NCBI GenBank assembly: GCA_964581475.1
Contig: CAZOOS010000001.1
Location: forward strand, 3,991 to 67,990
Reading direction: 5' to 3'
From: an uncultured Hyphomicrobium sp.
Lineage (GTDB): Bacteria > Pseudomonadota > Alphaproteobacteria > Rhizobiales > Hyphomicrobiaceae
DNA: 64,000 nucleotides
Positions 58,226-64,000 of this stretch are shown here, one piece after another (position 1 is the stretch's first letter; every line of letters begins with the position of its first letter). Made by a program: the position numbers and the translations under genes. Below the pieces are notes generated by a model. The model had not been told where the DNA came from, ran no database searches, and worked only from the letters and a program-made list of their open reading frames with translations.

Positions 58226-58384
58226 TGTCCCGCCGCGGCGGAGCAGCGGAACCTATAGGCGTCGGCGCCTGGCCTCAAGTTGCGTCGCGTGCTTTTTTTT
58301 TACGACATCTAGCGCCCACGCGCGCCGCGGCCGGCGGCCTGATCGCAGATTGGCGTGGATATACGGCGGCTGATATAGGGCCGA

Positions 58385-60064
58385 CTAGCTCGCCAGCGGG
58401 ATCCGCTGTGGCGCCTGGTACACCACGATCTCGCGGGTCCGCGCCCTGCCTTCATCGAAGAAGCAGTAGCCGGTTCCTCCGGCAGCCTTCTGCTGGTACA
58501 GCGCCGTATCGGCCCGCGCCAGCAGCGCTCCACTGTCTTCCGGACCATCGCGCGACACGGCTATCCCCACGCTCGCGCCGATCTCCAGGATATGGCCATT
58601 CAGGACGAAGGGAGCACTCAGCGAAGCGATGACGCGCGAGGCCAGTTCGGCGGTGGCTTGCGAGGGTCGGGGAGTGATCTGCAGTACCACGAACTCGTCT
58701 CCCCCGAGGCGCGCGACGAGGTCCGGCTTGCGGACATTGTCGCGCAGACGATCTGCCACCGCTTTGAGAAGCTCATCGCCCATCAGGTGGCCAAGCGTGT
58801 CGTTCACGTTCTTGAAGCGATCGAGATCGATGAACAGAACACAGACCTTGTCGCCGCGGCGTCCCCACTTCAAGGCGTGCTCGATGTGCTCGACAAGCTG
58901 GGTGCGATTGGGCAGCCCGGTCAGCATGTCATGCTGTGCCATGTAGGCGATCTTGGCCTCTTGCTCGATCCGCTCGGTGATGTCCTCCTGCACGTCCACC
59001 CACCCGCCGCCGGCAATGGGACCTACCTTCTTGAGGATCGTGCGTCCGTCGTCGAGGAGCACCGTCTCAGTAAATGCCGTGCCAGATCCGAGCTTCAGCT
59101 GATGCCGGGCGACCGAGAAGTTACTACCGTCATTGCCCTGTCGCTGAGCCAAGCAGGAGACGATGTCGGCGAAGTATGTTCCGCCGCGAGTCGCCTCCTC
59201 CGCCAGACGGTAGAGCTGCCGGTATGCGGGATTGCACATGATGAGGCGTTGTTCGCCGTCGAACATCGAAAATCCGACCGGCAAATAGCGCAACGCCGCC
59301 TCGAACAATGTGTTCTGTTCATGCAGTGCGGATGCGTAGCGGAAGTTCGCGCGCTGAACGACGGCGGCGGCGAAGGCGGACAACAACACGATGAACGTCA
59401 CCGCGGCGATGGCGAGGGCGAGATGCGACCGGTTCATGCCGATACCATCAAAGGCAACCGTCGGATCGGGCTGGATGGTGACCGCACCCATGGCGGTAAA
59501 ATGCAGAACGCAGATCGCAGCCGCGAGCAGGGCGCCTGCATACACGATCGCCTCCGTTCCCGCTCGGGCGTGGAATGCGAGCATCGCGGCCGCCGCAATG
59601 GCGCAGCCGAGAACCCAAGACGCAGCGACGAGGGTGGTGGACCATTCGATGGTGCCGGGAATGACAAGAGCCGTCATGCCGGCGAAGTGCATCGTACCGA
59701 TGGCGAAGCCGATGAGAATGCCACCCAAGGCCATCCACCAACGATTGCTGCCGGTCGATACGGCAAATCCCGCCGCGGCTAGGGTGATGGCGATCAGCAG
59801 CGAGCCAATGGTGGCGACAGGTTCGTAATGCGTCGGCAATGCGCCTTTATAGGCAAGCATGGCGACGAAATGCGTCGCCCAGATACCCGAGCCGGCGCTG
59901 ACACCGGTAAGTGCTGCCCAGAGGAGTTTGCGGCGACCGCTGCACGCGGAAGCGATTGAGTACATGAGAAATGACGTCAGCGCTGTGGCCACACACACGA
60001 CCACCGCGAGGAGTACGAGCCACGTATCGTGTTCTGTCACCAAGCAAGAAACGACGCGGTACAT
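58385..60064 (-). CDS. MHYT-PAS-GGDEF diguanylate cyclase
   Basis: ATHFVAM/TMHFAGM/VLHFTAM MHYT repeats, PAS-like region, DLDRFK.VND, RKPD I-site, GGDEF. No EAL domain. Confidence 0.92.
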   Translation of the reverse strand: MYRVVSCLVTEHDTWLVLLAVVVCVATALTSFLMYSIASACSGRRKLLWAALTGVSAGSGIWATHFVAMLAYKGALPTHYEPVATIGSLLIAITLAAAGFAVSTGSNRWWMALGGILIGFAIGTMHFAGMTALVIPGTIEWSTTLVAASWVLGCAIAAAAMLAFHARAGTEAIVYAGALLAAAICVLHFTAMGAVTIQPDPTVAFDGIGMNRSHLALAIAAVTFIVLLSAFAAAVVQRANFRYASALHEQNTLFEAALRYLPVGFSMFDGEQRLIMCNPAYRQLYRLAEEATRGGTYFADIVSCLAQRQGNDGSNFSVARHQLKLGSGTAFTETVLLDDGRTILKKVGPIAGGGWVDVQEDITERIEQEAKIAYMAQHDMLTGLPNRTQLVEHIEHALKWGRRGDKVCVLFIDLDRFKNVNDTLGHLMGDELLKAVADRLRDNVRKPDLVARLGGDEFVVLQITPRPSQATAELASRVIASLSAPFVLNGHILEIGASVGIAVSRDGPEDSGALLARADTALYQQKAAGGTGYCFFDEGRARTREIVVYQAPQRIPLAS

Positions 60065-60110
60065 CTTGATCACCAGCGCCTGCCCTGCCGCCAGTGAAAG
60101 AAGCAATTTC

Positions 60111-60125
60111 CTAAAACACTATTAA
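60111..60125 (-). promoter_or_regulatory. CtrA-like box
   Basis: Minus strand TTAA-N7-TTAG, about 45 nt upstream of the cyclase start. Confidence 0.4.
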
Positions 60126-60312
60126 ATCAATCCTGCACTGGACGAAGGTACAAGCGGACGACCCGAGTCGCGGTCGGTCGCCTCAAGCTGGTCCGCGCCT
60201 TTACGCAATCTCAAGTGTGTTTTGCCAACCTGACCCGAGTGCAGGCGCCGCCAGCGGCGCCCATCGCTCGAGGGGTCGGGGATAGGCACGGGGTTCGCGT
60301 CGGCGCGGACCA

Positions 60313-61398
60313 TTGAATGGGCGTGTGCGTACGATGGCGGCGCGGGGACCGGCTCCAACTCAAACGGCGGATTTCGTGCGCGGCGTGCAACGCGGGCGTA
60401 GGCCGCTATCGACCGCGCTGCTCCTCGCCGTTGCTGCCGCAACGCTCTCCGGCTGCTCCGGCGGCGGTGCCTTCGACAGCAACCTCGGCGTCAGCGCCAG
60501 TCCACGGGTCGCCGAAGGGCGGTCGATCGCCAAGGGGGGCGGCATCTACAAGGTGGGGCGCTCCTATCGCGTCGCCGGCCGCTGGTATCATCCGCGCGAA
60601 AACCCCAACTACGATCGCATCGGCACCGCGTCCTGGTACGGCACCGCCTTCCATGGGCGGCGCACGTCGAACGGCGAGATCTACGACATGCATGCGATGA
60701 CGGCAGGGCACCCGACGCTGCCGATGCCGTCGTACGCCTGGGTGACCAATCTGCAGAACGGCCGCACCGTCTTGGTGCGCGTCAATGATCGCGGGCCGTA
60801 CGCCAAGGACCGTCTCATCGACCTGTCGTACCGGACGGCGCATACGCTCGGTTTCAGCCAGCGCGGGCTGGCGCGCGTGCGCGTGCGGTATGCCGGCCGC
60901 GCGCCGCTCAATGGCGACGACAGCGCCGAGCGGCGTCATCTCGCGGCGCAGTCCTGGTATGCCGGCCGGCGGGCGGCGCAAAGCGAGACGGCGTCCATCA
61001 CCACCGGGTCGGTGAGCGCCAAACGGGTGCGCACGGTGGACTACGGCGCGGCGCCCCCGCCGCCGGAGCCGACTTGGTCCGTCGATCGCTACCGCCGCGG
61101 CGAGCTCGAGAACACCAAGCAAGCCGAATCCATCCTCACCAAGCCGCCCGTCGATACCTACGTGCGCGTCGGGCCGTTCGCGACGCAGGCCGAGGCGGAG
61201 CGCCTGCGCTATATGCTGGGTGGCGCCGACGTCAGCGTCATCGAGGCTTCGGGAAGCCGCAGCGATCCGGCCTATCGTTTGCGGCTCGGTCCCTATGACG
61301 ACAGCGACGCGGCCGGGGCCATGGCGCGAATCATCAGCGCCGGTTTCGAAGCCGAAGCAAGCCAGGAAAGGCAGTCGGCAGGAGCGTCAAAGCGTTGA
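60313..61398 (+). CDS. rlpA: Septal ring lytic transglycosylase lipoprotein with SPOR domain (start uncertain)
   Basis: LSGC lipobox, GTASWYG..FHGR.TSNGE, TAGHPTLP, VRVNDRGP, IDLS. Confidence 0.93.
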   Translation: MNGRVRTMAARGPAPTQTADFVRGVQRGRRPLSTALLLAVAAATLSGCSGGGAFDSNLGVSASPRVAEGRSIAKGGGIYKVGRSYRVAGRWYHPRENPNYDRIGTASWYGTAFHGRRTSNGEIYDMHAMTAGHPTLPMPSYAWVTNLQNGRTVLVRVNDRGPYAKDRLIDLSYRTAHTLGFSQRGLARVRVRYAGRAPLNGDDSAERRHLAAQSWYAGRRAAQSETASITTGSVSAKRVRTVDYGAAPPPPEPTWSVDRYRRGELENTKQAESILTKPPVDTYVRVGPFATQAEAERLRYMLGGADVSVIEASGSRSDPAYRLRLGPYDDSDAAGAMARIISAGFEAEASQERQSAGASKR

Positions 61399-61463
61399 CA
61401 CGAGGTGCGCGGAGACTTGATAGTCGTGCCGCCTAAAGCCATCCCGCAAGGTGCAAAAGCGCA

Positions 61464-62672
61464 ATGCTCTTTTCCTCCGTTCGGCGCGTTGGCGGCCCTC
61501 TCCTGCTGCCATTGTGGCTTCTGATCATCGCCTCCCTGGGGGCGGCTCCTAGCCTCGCGCAGCAGCCCCCGAGCGCCAACTTCGGCACCCGCGCCAAGGC
61601 TGCCGTGCTGCTCGACGGCGACACCGGCGCCGTTCTCTATCAGCATAACGCCGATGAGCTGCTGCCGCCGGCCAGTGTCTCCAAGCTGATGACCGCGGCG
61701 GTTGTCTTCCGCGCCCTCAAGGAGGGGCGCATCAAGCTCACCGACGAATTCACCATGAGCGAGCACGCCTGGCGCACGGGCGGCGCGCCCTCGCGCACAT
61801 CGGCGATGTTCGTGCCGATCAATACGCCGGCGACGATCGATGAGCTGCTGCAGGGCATGATCATCCAGTCTGGCAACGACGCCGCCATCTGCCTTGCCGA
61901 GGGCCTCGGCGGCACCGAGGACCAATTCGCCAAGCGCATGATAGTGGAAGCGCGGCGCATCGGCCTCGCCAAGTCGACGTTCGCCAACCCGACCGGACTC
62001 TACGATCCGGGGCAGCTCATGACGGCGCGCGAGATCGCGATGCTGTCGCGCTACATCATCACCGAATACCCCGCGTACTACAAAATCTTCGGACAGAAGG
62101 ACTTCAATTATCGCAAGCACAAATTCCGCAACCGCAATCCGCTGCTCTTCATCGAGGGCCTGGGCGCCGACGGCTTGAAGACCGGGCAAGTGAAGGAATC
62201 GGGTTTCAACCTCGCCGGCACGGCGGTGCAGGGCGGCAAGCGTCTCATCGCGGTGGTGCTGGGTATGGCGACCGAGAACGAGCGTACGGCCGAGGCCAAG
62301 AAGCTGCTCGACTGGGGCTTTCGCAGCTTCGCTCCGTTCAAGCTGTTCAACGTCGGGGAGACCGTCGGTAGCGCACGCGTGTGGGGCGGCAAGAGCTTCT
62401 ATGTCCCGCTGAACGGCGGCGACGGACCGGTCACGGTCATTCTGCCGCGCGTGCCGGAGAATCCGCGCCTCAAGGCGGAGATCGTCTACGACGGCCCGCT
62501 GAAGCCGCCGATCAAGAAGGGCGCTAAGGTGGCGACGCTGCGCGTCACTAGCCAGTCGAACTCGGTCAACGAGGTGCCGCTCTATGCCGCCGAGGATGTG
62601 GAGCCGGGCGGCCTGATGCGCCGCGGCCTCGACGCGCTCGCCCACCTCGCCCTGAGCTGGGTGCCGCTCTAG
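61464..62672 (+). CDS. dacA: D-alanyl-D-alanine carboxypeptidase (peptidase S11)
   Basis: PASVSK (SxxK), SGND (SxN), LKTG. Confidence 0.93.
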   Translation: MLFSSVRRVGGPLLLPLWLLIIASLGAAPSLAQQPPSANFGTRAKAAVLLDGDTGAVLYQHNADELLPPASVSKLMTAAVVFRALKEGRIKLTDEFTMSEHAWRTGGAPSRTSAMFVPINTPATIDELLQGMIIQSGNDAAICLAEGLGGTEDQFAKRMIVEARRIGLAKSTFANPTGLYDPGQLMTAREIAMLSRYIITEYPAYYKIFGQKDFNYRKHKFRNRNPLLFIEGLGADGLKTGQVKESGFNLAGTAVQGGKRLIAVVLGMATENERTAEAKKLLDWGFRSFAPFKLFNVGETVGSARVWGGKSFYVPLNGGDGPVTVILPRVPENPRLKAEIVYDGPLKPPIKKGAKVATLRVTSQSNSVNEVPLYAAEDVEPGGLMRRGLDALAHLALSWVPL

Positions 62673-62732
62673 CCTTGCAGCCGTTCGGCGTGGTACCGAC
62701 GCACCACGGCTGTGGCCGCTAAGGACCGCCTC

Positions 62733-63392
62733 ATGGTGCTCGGCAAATTCATCACCTTCGAAGGCGGGGAAGGCTCCGGCAAGTCCACCCAGGCACGCCT
62801 GCTGTCCGAGCAGCTCTGGCGAGTCGGTATTCACACCTTCATTACGCGCGAGCCGGGCGGTTCGCCCTTCGCCGAGGCGCTGCGCCACGTCATCCTCGAC
62901 CCCAACATGCCGCCGCATTCGGCGCTGTCGGAGGCGCTGCTGTTCTATGCGGCCCGCGCCGACCACCTCGACAATACAGTGCGCCCGGCCCTCAACTCGG
63001 GGCTGTGGGTGATCTGCGACCGCTTCATCGATTCAACCCGCGTCTACCAGGGCGAGGCGGGTGGTCTGCCCGGCGACATCATCGACACCCTCAACGAAAT
63101 CGTGGTGGCGCCGACGTTCCCCGATCTGACGCTGATGCTCGACATCCCGGCCGAGCTGGGCCTCGGGCGCGCCCACAGCCGGCGCGTCGACAAGGTCAAC
63201 CCGGATACCGAGGCCGACGCCTACGAAAAGCGCGACCTCGCCTTCCATTGGAAGCTGCGGGACGCCTTTCGCGACATCGCGCGCGCCGAGCCGGAGCGTT
63301 GCGTCATCATCGATGCGGCGCAGGAGGAACGTGCCGTCTTCGCCGCCGTGTGGCAAGCGGTGCAGTCGCGCCTGCTGGCGCCGCCGCGGTAA
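62733..63392 (+). CDS. tmk: Thymidylate kinase
   Basis: FITFEGGEGSGKST, TREPGG, ICDRF, PDLTL. Confidence 0.96.
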   Translation: MVLGKFITFEGGEGSGKSTQARLLSEQLWRVGIHTFITREPGGSPFAEALRHVILDPNMPPHSALSEALLFYAARADHLDNTVRPALNSGLWVICDRFIDSTRVYQGEAGGLPGDIIDTLNEIVVAPTFPDLTLMLDIPAELGLGRAHSRRVDKVNPDTEADAYEKRDLAFHWKLRDAFRDIARAEPERCVIIDAAQEERAVFAAVWQAVQSRLLAPPR

Positions 63393-64000
63393 TGGCGCGC
63401 GCACCCGCCATCACCGAGTTCGAGGAACTGCCGGAGGCCGACCGGCTCGAGGGTTACCCGCATCCGCGCGAGACGAAGGAGCTGTACGGCCACGCCGAGG
63501 CCGAGCGCCTGCTGGCTGAGGCGCTGGCCAGCGGGCGCCTGCACCATGCCTGGCTGCTGACCGGGCCGCAGGGCATCGGCAAGGCGACGCTCGCCTACCG
63601 CTTCGCGCGCGCCGCGCTGGCGGCGGAGGGCGAGCGCGATGCGTCGGGGCAGAGCCTCGCGGTCGCCGAAACGACGAGCGCCGCACGCCAGGTGAAGGCG
63701 CTGTCGCACCCCGGGCTGCTGCTCATCCGCCGTCCCTACGACGTGAAGGCGAAGCGCTTTGCCACCTCGATCCCGATCGACGAGGTTCGCCGGTTGCGTT
63801 CGTTCCTTTCCCACCGCGCCACCGCTGACGGCTGGCGCGTCGTCATCGTCGACGAAGCCAACGAGCTGAACGTCAACGCTGCGAATGCCTTGCTCAAGTC
63901 GCTGGAGGAGCCGCCGACGCGCACGGTGTTCCTGCTCGTCTCCTCGGCGCCGGGGTGCCTCGTACCGACCATCCGCTCGCGCACCCGCGCCCTCGCCCTG
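63392..64000 (+). CDS. holB: DNA polymerase III delta' subunit (3' partial)
   Basis: Manual translation: HHAWLLTGPQGIGKATLAYRFA, VVIVDEA, NAANALLKSLEEPP, TIRSR. Follows tmk. Confidence 0.93.
   Translation, partial: MARAPAITEFEELPEADRLEGYPHPRETKELYGHAEAERLLAEALASGRLHHAWLLTGPQGIGKATLAYRFARAALAAEGERDASGQSLAVAETTSAARQVKALSHPGLLLIRRPYDVKAKRFATSIPIDEVRRLRSFLSHRATADGWRVVIVDEANELNVNAANALLKSLEEPPTRTVFLLVSSAPGCLVPTIRSRTRALAL

Noticed and set aside
61293-62966. 557-aa minus-strand ORF, and similar long antisense ORFs such as 2103..3362, 3546..4703 and 58592..59782
   Set aside because: Shadow frames of well-supported genes in high-GC DNA; no motifs.
1-64000. CRISPR arrays, IS elements, integrases, prophage genes, rRNA
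   Set aside because: No regularly spaced repeats or transposase, integrase or phage motifs seen by eye.

Overview
High-GC alphaproteobacterial DNA (Hyphomicrobiales-like; inferred from gene families, not from a search), in four blocks. (1) 1-39.8 kb: a large Wzx/Wzy-type exopolysaccharide locus. It holds rfbF, an epimerase/C-methyltransferase fusion, two more NDP-sugar C-methyltransferases, FkbM and PIG-L tailoring enzymes, several GT2/GT4s, a GH16, a priming transferase, Wza/Wzc, ManC and a LuxR regulator, and ends in an exosortase E/CAAX-protease fusion with its tiny VPE(F/I)D-CTERM substrate and two Omp31-like barrels. (2) 40-42 kb: small ORFs and a probable cuckoo/alpha-r14-like sRNA. (3) 42-57.8 kb: a redox/metal-stress island. 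At least eight promoters share one bipartite ATAG-N7-CTAT LysR operator. It carries the LysR gene, three tandem CxxC peroxiredoxin-like proteins, a bufferin (DUF2282/DUF692/DUF2063/DoxX) RiPP cluster with a frameshifted bufC, a Mo-enzyme/reductase pair, DM13, DUF302, cupin, MFS, patatin, bdhA, a Met-rich Zn protease and three very small secreted peptides sharing a motif. (4) tRNA-Ser(UGA), a MHYT-PAS-GGDEF cyclase and core genes rlpA, dacA, tmk, holB. Best candidates for new biology are the LysR-operator regulon with its micro-peptides and an 18-bp motif repeated across the EPS promoters. All calls are by eye from motifs; many start codons are uncertain.
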